Part shown: positions 12,453 to 26,419 of the stretch, piece after piece
How the letters are laid out: each line of letters starts with the position of its first letter
Numbering within the stretch: the first letter of the stretch is position 1
Assembly (NCBI GenBank): GCA_964016885.1
Contig: OZ024745.1
Location: 131,564,001 to 131,628,000, forward strand
DNA: 64,000 nucleotides
Direction: 5' to 3'
Source of the DNA: Eledone cirrhosa
Lineage: Eukaryota
The notes under the pieces: model-generated
Seen by the model: only the letters and a program-made list of their open reading frames with translations
Told to the model about the DNA's origin: nothing
Databases searched by the model: none
Program-made: the position numbers and the translations under genes

Positions 12453-12864
12453 TGTGGACTGTCTACCACTATTTGATGTAAGTTTATGAAATATCAATGC
12501 TTATATAAATAAATAGATATTTTATTTGACTATCTACAATAATATGATAAAGAACTGTACATATGCAAGTTTAGAGTTAGAGAAATCACAAGAGCTATGT
12601 TCTTAACATAATCTGCCTTCCAGAACTTTCCTTTTCATAAGAAATAACTTCCATACAGAAAATTAAGTTAAAATAAGTATATGAGAAAATGATACACACA
12701 AACACACACAGACAGAAAATATAGCAAAATTTATATATTTTCTCTATGTTCCACCTTGCGTATAGACCTATCTGGTCTAACTGGTAGCATAATTCAAATG
12801 GATAGAAAACAGCAGTTTAAGCATATATATGTGTGTGTGTATATACATACACATATATATATAT

Positions 12865-13000
12865 ATTGCTCCCGAATTTTGAGTTGGGGATAACTACAGT
12901 AAATAAGGTACTCAATACATGTGTAGAGTGATGAAAAAGCTTCTACAGGACTAGAACTGTTTCAGTCGTATAAAATCATTAGGAATGCTAGTTGAAAGAG
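12865..13000 (-). mobile_element. Degenerate Penelope-like pseudo-LTR fragment
   Basis: Minus strand ctaatga...gaaac (decayed hammerhead core) then the tail hairpin ACTCTACACATGTATTGAGTACC; ends at TA-rich sequence. Confidence 0.5.
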
Positions 13001-13336
13001 TAAGTCATTGGTTTTGGCCAGGTTGGTCACTTAATGTAAGGTTCTTATATAAAATTATTTTGGAAAATTTTAATTTAAATTGGAAACATTTAAAATGGGT
13101 GATTTTATTTCTTAGAACCAGAGCTGGTTTTGACTGAGTTGGTAACTAATGGGTTAAAGTTGTACTTGGTTGACAAGTGTAATTAATTTACCTGATCTTG
13201 AAAAACACTGAAAAGAATTTGGTAATTTTTACATGAACTGTTAAATGACCAGTTTAAGACTCCTATATTTTGTATGTACCATCTTTGAACCCATGCTCTG
13301 TATATTTTCATTGCAATCCAGTATTGATTAGAGTAT

Positions 13337-13500
13337 AAGGCGGCAAATTGACAGAGTCGTTAAGACGTCAGATAGAATGCTTTATGGTATCCATCTCACC
13401 TCATTGCGTGCTCTGAGTTCAAATCCCGCCGAGGTCAACTTTGCCTTTCATCCTTTCGAGGTCGATAAAAAAGGTACAAGTATAGTACTGGGGTTGATTC
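13337..13500 (+). mobile_element. tRNA-derived SINE
   Basis: ggcggcaaattgacagagtcg ... gagttcaaatcccgccgaggtcaactttgcctttcatcc. Confidence 0.75.
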
Positions 13501-15572
13501 TTCCTCTATAGAAAAAAAATCGACTGTGTTCTGATCTGGAGAGAGTTGGGCTCTGCCAGGTTTAACAGTGCCTCTACAACTCCACAAGGGGCTATGGGAT
13601 CTTTATCCTTTACTCTCAAGTTAGAGTACAATTATTTAGGCCATCACCCTCACCACTTCCATTTCTCCTGTGGCCCATGAATCCTTGCTCCCTCCCTATT
13701 TCCTCTCATTTATGACATTTATAGTCCTTTCCTCTACTTTCCTTTACAGCCAGATCTGTCCTTCTTTACCCCTTCCTCTTTTCCTCATTATTTAATTTTG
13801 CTTTTATCTTTAATTTTCATATTTTTAAGCTAACTTTGTGAGTGAAACATATTGAGAATAAACATTTTTATCATATAATTATTGATATGTGGCTAAACAT
13901 TGGATAAACACAAGGATATTGCTGTTTTCACAGGATGGAAGTGTTTTTTCCTATTTTTATTTAAAAAAATAGCTTTTAAGATTTTAATCTGATTATATTA
14001 ACATGTTTACTCCATTTAGTTTTAACATTTATTTGTAGGATCTAATAAATGAGATGATATTGCCTTCTAGTCTTCTAGTCTTTGTGTTACTTATATGTGA
14101 GCAGTGGTATAAATAGTGACAATGTTTTGGTTATGTAAACAACTTTCATTGCTTTTCTTCCCCCAGTGTTTAAGGTGAGTTTCTTTGAACTAAGCTTGTC
14201 TGATATATTAATTAATTTGATGTTTAATTTTTCATAAAGTGTTTAATGTCATTCTCATTGACAACTGCAGTTGTATGATCAGCAAAGTGGAGTAAATCTC
14301 AATTTGTGGTTGTATGCATATCATTTATGTAGATCCATTAATAGAATGGCACAAGTATCGATCCCCCAGGAATGTATTCTGCCAAAAAGGTGTTTTTTAA
14401 ACCATTTATCAGCTATGCTTTGTAAACTACAATGTTGTAATTCTTATGTTAATATTTGCTGTATCAAAGCTATTTATTTAAGCCTAGAAAAATTACAGAA
14501 GTAATTTTCGTTGAGAAACACTACAGATGTCATTTAGGGCTTAGTTAAAGGGTCATTAGTTTTAGATTTTTAAAGAAAATAGAAGAAAGGGTGAATATCT
14601 GAGCAATGCTTCCTGATATTATACTAGGGATGGTGTAGGATATTATATTTAGATAAAAACTTTTGCCAAAATGAGATGTTTTTTTTCATTTTTTTTAGAA
14701 TATTTGATAAAAGCTGTTAATTGGATGGTAATTATAAAAGTCAATTTCTCTAGATGTGAATATAGGAATAATTTATATATTTCAGTTTTGGTGATAAAAC
14801 ATCTAACAGCAGGTATCTGTTGAAAAACAAAACAACATAAGAGGCTGAATGAGAAAGTCTATGTTATGCTTGATTAATAAAAACAATATTTCATCATATG
14901 CTGGAAAAGATTTTAAGAGACTAGAAACAGCAGATTGAATATCATTTGCAGTTATCATTATCATCATAACATTGTGAAAAATGTAATTTGCATAACCCCT
15001 TTTAAGGTATTGACAAAAATTCTTTGAAGATTGTAGAACATTCTCTTTGACATTTTCTCTTATGTGTGCATGAAATGGGTTGAACTGTGTGGCTTCTTTG
15101 GTTTAACACCCCTCATTTTCCCATTTATGAGGAATCTGTCAAGGAGAGATTTATAGCATTTTCTCTTTAGGCCTTCATTTTAATTATTCCAAGTCTGTTT
15201 CTTTTATTACATTTATGCTTAGTTTCTAAATATAATAGTTTTATCTTTAGCTTTTTACTTTATTTTAAAAAATACATTTTTGTTAACATCTGAATGTTAA
15301 GAAGTCAGATTAGTTTGTTAATACTCTCACCTTAAAGATCTATTTTGCAGATCTCTTTAGAGAAAATATGATTCCCCCACCTTTGTCATCTATGGATGTC
15401 AGTTGTAATATTTCAAGCCACATTTCACTTTTGTAGTAAAGCTGCTTCAAAGGTATTGACAAATGTGTTGAAGAACTTATCATATACTTTCTGTCACATT
15501 CATTTAAAACTCACAAGTTTGCTTTTGATCTAAGTTTAAGAGGAGTGCTTTTTAAAACAAAAAGCATTTATA

Positions 15573-15702
15573 TACTCTCAGGTCCCAAATAATAGGGGTG
15601 GGTTGGAATAAGCGGAGGTGTTGGAAAATCAGTAATTTTTCTAGGTTGTCTCCCTTCGTCTTTTTTTTTTTAAAATCCAGAATTATTCAAGGCCTGAGAG
15701 TA
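15573..15702. mobile_element. Small TA-flanked MITE
   Basis: TIRs ta|ctctcaggtc ... ggcctgagag|ta. Confidence 0.55.
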
Positions 15703-17409
15703 AGTTTTATTCAGTAGGCAGAGGGGTTCAAGTTTGTCGACCTCCTCGTGGTGGGCCTTGCAAACTAATCACTGATGTTTAAGCTCGATCAGGCTAATGA
15801 CGACAACCTGAGACCAACTCATATGACTAGACTAGACAGAAGGGGGTACTTATTATTTAAATTAGTTTTACTACAAATTTTATAGAATTTGGATTTTATT
15901 TTAGATTGTTTGATTTCTGCACTGAATATGTCAGACCTCCATCAGTTCTGACAATGTGTTCCAGTTGATTTGATTAACAGAACAGCCTGCTTGTGAAATT
16001 AATGTGCAAGTGGCTGAGCATTCCACAAATATATGTACCCTTAACATGGTTCTCAAGGAAATTTAGTATGACACTGTGAGTGACAAGGTTAGCCCATTTA
16101 TTTAGAGGAACAATTCAGTTTTGCCAGCTGAGAAGATTGAAGCAGCATGAAATAAGATATCTTGCTTATGGACAGAATGTGCTGCTTAGAATCAAAGTCA
16201 CAACCTTATGATCCTGAGTCAAACAAATACCCTGACTACTAAATCTTCCCACACAATGTATACATGGTGCCATAACTCGTAGGAGTGGGGTGGGTGGGTG
16301 ATGTAGAGGCACTGTGTCAACATACAGCCTTTCTAGGTTATTTTAAAACCTAGTGGAGCCGAATCCTCTCCAGGTCTGACCACAGCAGATTTCTTCTAGA
16401 GAAGGATAGAGAAAAAGAGACATAAAGGAAGAATTGACCCCGGTTCCTGACTGGCACTTTTTTTTTATCAACTTGGATAAAAGGGATGTTAACTCAGAGA
16501 GGAGAGTTGAAACAAATACTGCAAAGCATTCTATCCAACATTCTAACAACTCTGATAATTCACCGCCACTCAATGTACAGAAAATATAAAAGTCATCTAC
16601 TGGATATATGAAGCAACGTTTTCAGAAATCCTCATTGGGTTGGTTATAATTGGTAAAAAAAAAAAAAAGTTTAGAGAATATAGAGTCAATAAGTTTAGAA
16701 GCATTTCAGACATTATAATTAAGTAGATTGGTGTTCAAGTTGCCAAACATAAATGTTTTTTATTATTTTTATTTGTTTTAAAGTGCTTTTAAGGGTAACT
16801 AGAAAAATGGCATATTCAGCCTGTGGAGGATGGTAAACCACTTCAATAATAATGCTCTGACAGTTATCAATTTTAATCTCATATGTTGATCGATAAACAA
16901 TGAGAAATCTTGTCATATTTTACACTTGTTAGGCTTCTAAATTCCTACACCACCTCCTCGTTTAGAGTCATAGCATAGATTATATTCCGGATATTGGGAA
17001 AATATTGCTGAATATGAGAATGAATTATGATATTAAACCAAGAAACAGTCAATTTAATTCCAAAGATTACTACAAATTATATAAATTAATGCTAAAGACA
17101 AATACAACTGTTACAGTCAGATCACAAAGGAGCTGAAATCAGAGTGAAAAGAAAACAGAAGTTCAAATGAAGAAAATGCTGAAGTCAGTTGAAGAAATGC
17201 TAAATATTCTTTATCTTAAATCAAACACAGAATACTGAAATGTAAGGAGTGCTAATGTCAGACAAAGGAAGGTCAAATAAAAACTTAATGCAATGATGTA
17301 TCTTCCATCATGTTTTTGATTGGTTGTCAATTCAATAAGCCACAAATCTGTGGGTGAAAGTCCATATTACTGGCATGCCAATAATATAGCTTTCTCCTTT
17401 ATCATTTGT

Positions 17410-17680
17410 AAAAGGCATTGGCCTAGTGGCAAGGGACTTATAATGATAATGTTGTGGGTTTGATTCCTGGGCTGGGTTGTGTGTTCTGTTCTTGAGCAAA
17501 ACACTTCATTTCACATTGCTCCAGTATACTCAGCTGAAAATGAGTACCAGCAATAGCTGGGAGTTTAATCCTGTGATGGATTGGCGTCCTGTCCAGGGGG
17601 GAGTCTTGTACTCTCAGTCACTTCACGCCACAGAACTGGGATAAGCACCATCTTGATGAGCCTCCTGGCTTGAGACAGAC
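17410..17680 (+). mobile_element. tRNA-derived SINE (family also at 19597-19870 and, reversed, 61950-62168)
   Basis: tggcctagtggc A-box, ggtttgattcct B-box, body shared with the other copies. Confidence 0.75.
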
Positions 17681-18003
17681 ATTAGACATAGACCTTTATC
17701 ATAAGTAATTTGTTAAACACACATACACACACACATACATACATACACACATACATACATAGGAGAAAAAATATAATAGATAAATGAACAGCAGTACATT
17801 CTGTCCTTAAGCAAGATATTTGATTTTGTTGCTTCAATCCACTGCCAAAAATTGTAGCTATAAATTGATGGGTTAACCTTGTCACCCATAATGTCACACT
17901 TTCCTTGAGAACCACATCAACAACCAGTTATTAACTGAACATCCTACTCCTTACATTGATGTGTATGTGGCTGAGTATTCTACAGACATGTGTATCCTGC
18001 ATG

Positions 18004-18220
18004 TATGAGAAGGTGCTGAAAAGTTTCTTTTTTAAGGGTATCATGAAAGAGTAGATCTGTTACCTTTACAGAGGAGATAGGGCAGCTGCAATATGTGAAT
18101 CTGAGAGGGGAGTATGTTGAATAAAATAATAATTAACTGATCCTCCGGTATTTTTTTTTAACTGATCCTCCTATATTTTCTTTTACTCCAAACCAGGAAC
18201 TTTCCAGCATCCCTTTATAT
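18004..18220 (+). mobile_element. Mariner-derived MITE (unexpanded relative of 10331-12452)
   Basis: TIRs ggtgctgaaaagttt / accaggaactttccagcatcc; internal gtgaatctgagaggggagtatgttgaataa (VNLRGEYVE*). Confidence 0.7.
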
Positions 18221-19596
18221 TTCTCAGTCAGAATCAATATGACTTAAGGTGGCAAGGCTGGACCTTTGAATTACAGGTGTATTCCATCTTACAGTAGCTC
18301 TTTTATTCCCAACAATGTCTCTTTTTATCTAAAACTATATCTCAATGTCTTTCTTTGGTTACTTCCATCTCTGTCAATACTTAGCTTCATTTTCACCCCA
18401 AGTTAACCCTAGTTTCACTCACAATCAGTTCCAGTTCTGCTTTTCGTCAGGTTTACTCCAGCTCTCAGCTCCAGTTAATCCTTTACTTAATACAGTTAAC
18501 TCTGCCTTTAGTTAAACTTAACTTTCAAACATTAGCTTAACTTTTGTCTTCACTTACCTCAGCTCTATTTTAATTTAACCCTGCTTTATTTTCTCTCATT
18601 TCTTAGTTTAATAAACTCTAAAATCTGCCTTCAATTAATTCTAGTCCAGACTACAACTTACCCTACTACTTAAACTTCAACCAAAATTAGCCCAAGCTTC
18701 ACCTTCATTTAAACCAAGCTCAGTAACTTAATTATTATAGTGTTAACCAAGGTTAAAACTTAGTTGAATTTGAGGAAGTTAGGGGAAATGGCAACATCAG
18801 GCTTCGTTTAACAGAAATCAGAGCAACAGCTTAATGAAGATAACAGTCACTCTAATTTTAGGTAGCCCAAATTTAATAGTTTAATTCACCCTAGCTTTAC
18901 CTTCTTTAACTCTAGCTCTGCCTCCGGTTAACTTTAGATATGTCTAACCGCTTTCTTTGACTGAACAATGGATATTCAGTAATGATAGCTGAAATGGTAG
19001 AATGGAAAGACGACTCACAGGAAGAAAAACCAATATCAGGGTATTCAAAAGAAAGGAAAACACTGCTGTCCTCTGGGTCCCATAATTTAAAAGAATGGCG
19101 CCATTCTGCTATATTTCCAATCTCTAAAGGACTTACCAGCAGTTTGCAGCCAATACGGTTTCTGTTGGGGGCAAAGATAAAAGGAACTGAGAAATAATGG
19201 TCTGCCCTTGTTCTAAGAAAGATGTTTAGCTAGAAGCAGTGTATGCCAGATAATTCTATGGAACTTAACAAACTCTACTTCTACTGTAACACTTAAAACA
19301 TTCAACAATAGAAATTCTTGTTTTCAATGGTTAAATGTTACAGCTGCAGTAGAGGATGATGGTGATTGTTATAATAATGGTAGATATCTCTAGGGATGTT
19401 ATTGGAATATAATGATAGTGGAAATGGTGATGATGATGATGATGATGATATGATGATGATGATATGATGATGATGAAATGGTGATGATGATGATAATAGT
19501 ATCAAATAAAAGGTTGTAAAATACTGCACTAGATTATTATACTGTATATTGCTGTAGGGAATGATGTACCTATTGTAGTTGCTACTATACTGTAAC

Positions 19597-19870
19597 ACGT
19601 GGTGTGGCCTAGTGGTAAGGGTGTTGGGCTTACAATCATAATGTTGTGAGTTTGATTCCTCGGCTGGGTTGTGTGTTGTGTTTTTCAGCAAAACACTTCA
19701 TTTCACATTACTCCAGTACACTCAGCTGAAAATGAGTACCAGTAATAGCTGGGGGTTTAACCCAGCAATGGACTGGTGTCCTGTCCAGGGGGAAATCTTG
19801 TACTCTCAGTCGCTTCCTGCCATGAAACTGGGATAAGTACCGACTTGATGATCCTCCTGGCTTGGGACAG
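19597..19870 (+). mobile_element. tRNA-derived SINE
   Basis: Homologous to 17410-17680. Confidence 0.75.
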
Positions 19871-20814
19871 ACTTTAGACTTTACACTTCTTATTCTGCAG
19901 CTTATTAACTCTTCACCCATGTACTGTATTATGCTCATAGTAGCCACTTTACTGCATAGTAGCGTACCTGCAACTGCAGCATAGATAGCAAATATAGTAT
20001 ATTATTGTATACTACTGTTGACATAGATAGGAGTCTATATATCAGGATTAAACCAGTTTTAAACTAGTTAGACCATTATTCAACAGAGTACTCGATACTT
20101 GGGATAGTAGAGTGTGACTATAGTAGACAATCAGTTCAATACTATATAAATATATAGACTAATATTAGAAAGAGTCTTGCTATTCCAACATATATATACA
20201 TATATATGACAGGCTTCCAGACAGTTTCCATCTACCAAATGCCATTTACAAGTTCTCAACGTGAGGTTATATGAAGAAACACTTGTTAAAAATGTTGCAT
20301 GGTGTGATGAACCTTAGAACCACATCATTGCAAAGTGGAGTTGTTAGCCACACACTTATGCTTGTACCTATAATAAAGTAACAAAAGTACTTTACAGTAT
20401 CCTTCATAGACAAAAGTATTCTTCAGAGCAGTAGTGACTGATATCTTTCAGCATGAGGACTAAAATAATACCTCTGTCATTTGTAGCCATTTAAACACAA
20501 ACATGATAGTCATCTTTACTTTACTATTGCTGCAATAATTGTGTGTGTGTGTGTGTGCGTGCGTGCGTGTGTGTGCGTAAAGTTGAGACAAATTGAGAAA
20601 ACAACTATATGTTTCACAGAGTGAGGTTTAAGCTGAATGTGAGATAATCAGTTGATGTGATGGGTGTAGAACATCTGGAGTTAATCCAATGTTTACAGTC
20701 CACTTATTGCAAGGTTTATTATTCACAGAGCATATATATATCAATATATGTATGTAAAAGGTAAATAGAAATAACAACACAAACGGTACAGTATATGGAG
20801 GAAAATATATCATC

Positions 20815-21080
20815 ATTTCATCATCATTTCATTTTACGTCCGCTTTTTCCCTGCTTGCAAGGGTGGGACGGGAACTGATTCTGGCTTGATTTCTACAGCT
20901 GGATGCCCTTCCTAACACCAACCTTATTTACAGTGAGTGCTGGGTGCTTTTTTGCCGTGGCACCTCCACGACCACTTTGCAGTGGAATGATAGGGACCCC
21001 AGTCCTATCATCTCATTTCTACAGCTGAGTAAACTGGAGCAATGTGAAATAAAGTGTCTTGCTCAAGGAAACAACACATA
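20815..21080 (-). mobile_element. SINE-type repeat ending in an RTE-LINE-like 3' end
   Basis: Reverse complement of cccacccttgcaagcagggaaaagcggacgtaaaatga (the 3' end of the 28629-29396 LINE) joined to a SINE body; second copy at 53190-53500. Confidence 0.7.
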
Positions 21081-21180
21081 TATATATATACTATTGTAAA
21101 AGTTTGGTAGAAATATCCAAGAGTAAGAGCAATCAGTCCATAGGACGAGTTTAGTATAAATAATTACTACAGTGACATAA

Positions 21181-21230
21181 ACAGGTACTTAAGTTTCGTT
21201 GGGTTCTGGACCCCAACTCATTTAGCCTGT
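21181..21230 (-). ncRNA. Compact type I hammerhead-like motif with altered core
   Basis: ACAGG-CTAAATGA-GTTGGG-gtccagaa-CCCAAC-GAAA-C-TTAA-G-TA-CCTGT. Confidence 0.6.
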
Positions 21231-22342
21231 CATAAGAGAAATGAAAATAAAGATGGCTGCCAGGGTTTTTTTTGTGAGTTTCTTTCAGAAATATAACATA
21301 AGAGTTTAAACAAAGGCAGGTAATTTTGAAATTAGTTAAACATTTTTTTTTTAATTATGAGCAAAGAAGGTAAGATAAAGGGGGATAACTCTTGCGAGAC
21401 CACAGTCAAGATTGAAGAAAAATAATTTTTTCCAGCTGACTCAAAGAATCCAAATTCCTTGATATACAAAATAGTAAATCAAAGTATATTTCTAGACCCG
21501 CTAGTCAGGTCTAAGTCATTTACTCAGAATATACTGTTTTTCATGAGGACAGCAGCCAAAGCAATCAAGGCATGTATTAAGGCAGTGTTTAACTGAAGCT
21601 AGTTGTGAAAGTATATAACATTTTCCCAAGTTACAAAAGCGCCAAAATGGTAGAAATATACTAAGGGAGTTAATGACCTTTAGTTCATCTACAGCATTAG
21701 AGTTCTAAACACTACGGGTTAAGAAGAACATACACAGAGAAGAAGAGAGTTCAGTATGTTGGGAATTGTACTGGAACTTGATGTCTTCAGCTTCCAAGCT
21801 ATACCAATAGGTAAATTGAATGACAATGTCCCAGGATTCATTTGCTTACTGAGTGGGGTAGAACTCATCAGATCGGAATAAGGAAACAATGTTTCCATTG
21901 GTCTTTCCAATTGCTGATATATCCTCCAGTCACAACTTCTGAAAGAAGGAGCAACATGAAATAAAGTGTCTTGCTCAAGCACACAATGCTTAAAATTATG
22001 TTGGAAGATTTTAATTTAAATTGGAAACCTTTAAAAGGGGTGGTTTTATTTCATAGAACCAGAGCAGGTTTTGGCAGGGTTGGTAACTAAGGGTTTAATA
22101 AATTGAAGTTGTTGCAGTGTTTTTAGCTTTACTAGGCAACAATAGCAACCTTTACAGTATTTCTAGTCTTTCAAAACTCTTAAATCATGAATATTTATAA
22201 TCTGTTAGGTTTACATGGTCAGGGTTGACCTAGGGCTAAACACCAACAACAACAATTAATTATTTGTGTGAATGTTAATTAATTACCATTGATTAATAGA
22301 AGAGATGTCTACATGTTATATATGTAAAGAGTAAGGATAGAT

Positions 22343-22362
22343 TACTACCACTACTACCGCTG

Positions 22363-22396
<34 letters not shown>

Positions 22397-22476
22397 CACT
22401 ACTACTACCACCACCACCGCCACTACTACTACTACCACCACCACCACCACCACCACTACTACTACAACTATCACTA

Positions 22477-22513
<37 letters not shown>

Positions 22514-22862
22514 CACTACTACTACTACCACTACTACTACCACTACTACTACTACCACCACCACCACCACTGCTACCACCACCACCACCACCACCACCAC
22601 CACCACTACTACCACTACTACCACCTCTACCACTACCACCACCACCACTACTGCTACTACTACCACCACTACCACTACTACTACTACCACCTCTACTACT
22701 ACCACTACTACTACCACCACCACCACTACTGCTACTAAAACCACCACTATTACCACCACCACTACTACTATCACTACTATGACCACCACCACCACCACCT
22801 ACTCCACGAACATCATCATCATCACCACCATTATTACCCTCCCCACCACCACCGCTGCCACC
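22343..22862. repeat. (ACT/ACC)n trinucleotide microsatellite
   Basis: Direct inspection. Confidence 0.95.
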
Positions 22863-23167
22863 TTACTAGGAACCAGATATCTCTGTTTATTTACACCTGA
22901 CATCATGCCAAACTGTTAGGTTAGGGGCCGACACCAGCTGGTTTAGTGTACATTGTCAGCTATGGTTCAATAGATATAATTAGCACTAGAGAACCTCTCA
23001 TTAATTAGAAGAGGGCGAGAGAGAGGGGGAGGAGAGAGAGGGAGTGAAAGTGAGAGAGAGAGAGAGAAAAAGGTTTATGGCTGGTTGCCCTTTCTGTCAT
23101 CAAACACTATATATAGATATATTGATGAAATATAGCTAATGGTTAGATTAAACGTGCACACACACAT

Positions 23168-23214
<47 letters not shown>

Positions 23215-23410
23215 TGGTTATTTGCCACAACATATTGTTACTGAAAAGCCCCCCCCCCCCCCCCCACACCAATTTACAGTTTCATAGGTCATTGTTATTA
23301 ATAAGTGTTACACTGGCACACAGCTAAGAATATGCAGTGAAAGGATTTAGCTAATAAAGTCAATTTGAGTACCTGCTTCTTATTGGGTTTGTAGAGATGA
23401 AAAGCTGGGT

Positions 23411-23628
23411 TTAACCCTATAATGTTCAAACCGGCCAGAATTCTCTACCTTTTTCTGTTAAAACTGGCTGTAACTGGTCATTCAAACTGATGTTAAGGTA
23501 TTGTTCTCAAAATAAATACTTTCAAAATCTCATATATTCGATATTATGTGAGATAATTATGTGAGATAAAGCCTTTATCATGAAAATATAATAGTATATA
23601 TAGAGTAATGTGAATGCTAAAGGGTTAA
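23411..23628. mobile_element. TTAA-flanked MITE (related family)
   Basis: ttaa|cccta ... aaggg|ttaa termini. Confidence 0.6.
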
Positions 23629-23629
23629 G

Positions 23630-23925
23630 AGGAATCTGAGGTGATGTGCAGGAGAGAAGACAGACAGAATTGGTATGGACATGTGATGTGCATGAATGAT
23701 GATTGATGGGTGAAGAAGTGCCAGGAAATGCCAGTGGAAGGAAGTCACAGTAGAAGTAGACCAAGAAAGACCTGGGTAGAAATGGTGAGAGCTGACCTTA
23801 AATCACCGATACTCATAGAGAAGATGATGAAGAAACACGGCAAGTGGAGAAATTCTGTGCTGAAAAGGACCCACGCAACGCATGCAAGCATGGAAAAACA
23901 TATGTAAAAACAATGATGATGATGA
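23630..23925 (+). mobile_element. Degenerate RTE LINE 3' fragment
   Basis: KKCQEMPVEGSHSRSRPRKTW; homologous to 29100-29390; (atg)n tail. Confidence 0.8.
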
Positions 23926-24462
23926 CAGAAAATAATGATGACACTTGGCAGGATTTGAGCTCTGAATGTATATGTTTGAAATTAAATAGTAGAAAGAGTT
24001 TACTCCAGAACGCTCACATAATTTATTCCTATTCAATATTTATCCACATATAGCTAATGCATATGTAAATACACAATTCTATTTATTGAATTCAAACATA
24101 TTACAACACACACACAAAAGCACACAATAGAAGACTATATAGGAATATATATATAAATCTCTAAAACCATTAATACATTCCAGTACAATTACTGGCTCAG
24201 CTTTATTCAATATCACTCTTAAATCTAGTGACTCAATACAAGCAGATTCAAAGTTTCCCTTCATAAACTTTGTCCACAAAACTCCAGACAAACTGCTTGA
24301 ATACAGATATGATTCTTTGGACAATAATTCTTTGCTTGAATGGAGAAAATGTTCTCCATTTTAAATATAAAATTCACTGACCATGTGATGCTTTGGAGTT
24401 AGACATGAGGTGAGTCACACAATACTGGCTGAAGTCTATCTCAGGTAATACATACTAACAAT

Positions 24463-24496
<34 letters not shown>

Positions 24497-24557
24497 CACA
24501 TACATATATATGTATATACACACATATATAGTTAAACGCACAAACATATATATATAT

Positions 24558-24840
24558 ATTAAAAAGAACAAAGTTTCGTTTACAAGTGTTTAGATTTTTT
24601 ATTGTGTATCGACCTGTTAGCGCTTTTCAAAGAGGGTTGTTTCAGGGTCACCCATAAAAGATATGGACCTGACTCCATTATCGATCTGCTCTTCAGACTG
24701 GCGATGTGACAGGTCGATACACAATAAAAATCTAAATACATGTAGACAAAACTTCACCGTTCTTTTTAATGTATATACTCTGTGCATAGAGTGTTTGTTT
24801 TGGTACCACCACCAGTAATTTACTGAATCACCTTCACTCC
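24558..24840. mobile_element. Inverted-repeat Penelope-like pseudo-LTR relic with tail
   Basis: Arms 24558-24617 / 24709-24770 inverted; left end at (TA)n; tail hairpin at 24777-24795. Confidence 0.55.
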
Positions 24841-24960
24841 AACATCACAGTTGCCCATTTCATTCTTTCTTTCAAATTAAATTTACGTCCTCACTAAGCA
24901 CACTCTTAGACTCACACATACATATATCACACACATATTTTTCCCTTTTTATTATATACA

Positions 24961-25603
24961 CTAGCAGTGGTACCCGGCGTTGCACGGGATAAGGTATTTT
25001 GGAATGCGGGCCGCCAACAGACCTAATTGTGGAAAAACTGCATGCCTGGACAATATGTAAAGAAAATAAACCGAATACTCTGATGGCTGGATAATCTTTA
25101 ACATTTTCCTCAATGAAGCAGGAAAAATGCAGGTTTTCACCTAATGCGGGCCCTAGGGGATCAAGAAAATGAATTTTTTTAATGTGCATAATATGCCTTG
25201 AAATTTCGGGAAAATTGGCTAGACGTAATGCCTCAAAAAAGCCCTAAAAAGCTGAAAAAATGAGTTTTTCACCTAATGCAGACCCTAGGCCATAAAAAAG
25301 TTGGATTTTCTTTGCTCAGGCTATGAAGAAGAGATTGACTAATACATAGTTACAGTTTAAAGGAAATCAGTCTGACGTAACGCCTCAACCCCCCCCCCCC
25401 CCCAAAAAAAAACGCAGTTTTTCACCTAATGCGGGCCCTAGAAGATCAAAAAGTTGAATTTTTTTATGTGAAATAACATTCCCTGAAACATAAGTAAAGT
25501 TTGAAAAAAAATCGGTTGGGTACTTCTCGAGTTTTAGGGATTCAAACTCACAGACACACACACAGACAGACATCCTCAGTTTTATATATATACATTATAT
25601 AGA
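24961..25603 (-). mobile_element. Non-autonomous Helitron
   Basis: Minus strand starts A|TCtatat...gtctgtctgtgtg and ends with hairpin cccgtgcaacgccggg then CTAG|T; internal imperfect direct repeats (ttttcacctaatgcgggccctag x3). Confidence 0.8.
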
Positions 25604-25944
25604 TATTCACACACCTTTCGCTACGTAAACTTACACTCACGCACACACATATATACATTTACCACTAAGCACACATACATTTACACACACACATGAATAT
25701 ATCATACACTTTTTCCCACACATTCACAACGCGCATGCTCAAAATGTTAACGTCTTTTCATTCCATTTAACTTAAATCTGCTCCTAACAACTCATCCTCG
25801 ATTGATCCTTTAAGACATTCACAGGGGTACTCCTTTGATAATGGGTTGTTAAACCTGAAAGTATTTGGATTATTAAATTTGCTAAGGTAAGATTCTATTG
25901 ATATCTTGGCACATTTAATACATTGTATGGCTTTCAAATTATTT

Positions 25945-25985
<41 letters not shown>

Positions 25986-25990
<5 letters not shown>

Positions 25991-26160
25991 AAAAAGTATG
26001 ACCCCGACGGCAGAGCTCAAGCCGTTTCGATGGCTATTTCTGTCCAGAAATAGCCGTCGGGGTCATACTTTCTCCTATTACCCACTCTACTACCCTAAGT
26101 AATGAGTACTCTGGTACGTTATGGTCCATCTGGTTCCTTACCACATCTCCTTCGTTATAT
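25986..26160. mobile_element. Short palindromic Penelope-like pseudo-LTR relic with hammerhead 3' half
   Basis: Arms 25986-26011 / 26053-26078; minus strand GAAA-CGGC-loop-GCCG-TC; tail hairpin 26084-26110; related sequence at 4420-4545 and 20070-20115. Confidence 0.6.
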
Positions 26161-26419
26161 ATATATAGTTAGGTGGTGTGCAGAGGAGAAGACTGTTGGT
26201 GTGGTCATGTGATGCACATGGATAATAACCGCTGGGTGAAGAAGTAGCAGGAAATCCCATTGGAAGGAAGCTAGAGTAGCGGAAGACCAAGAAAGAGCTG
26301 GGCAGAGGTTGTGAGAGGCCACAGCTACAATAGAAGACATCCATGGTGCCACACAGTGAGGTCAAAATCACAAATCACGTGGTTGACTCACATTCAAATA
26401 CAAAGGTTAATAAACATAA

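Noticed and set aside
14167-14174. Plus-strand 8-nt microexon-like signal (cttcccccag|tgtttaag|gtgagt)
   Set aside because: Not frame-preserving and no plus-strand gene is evident; such signals arise by chance in 64 kb
18300-18950. Region with recurring agttaac/ctagcttc words
   Set aside because: Too degenerate to define a unit or family by eye
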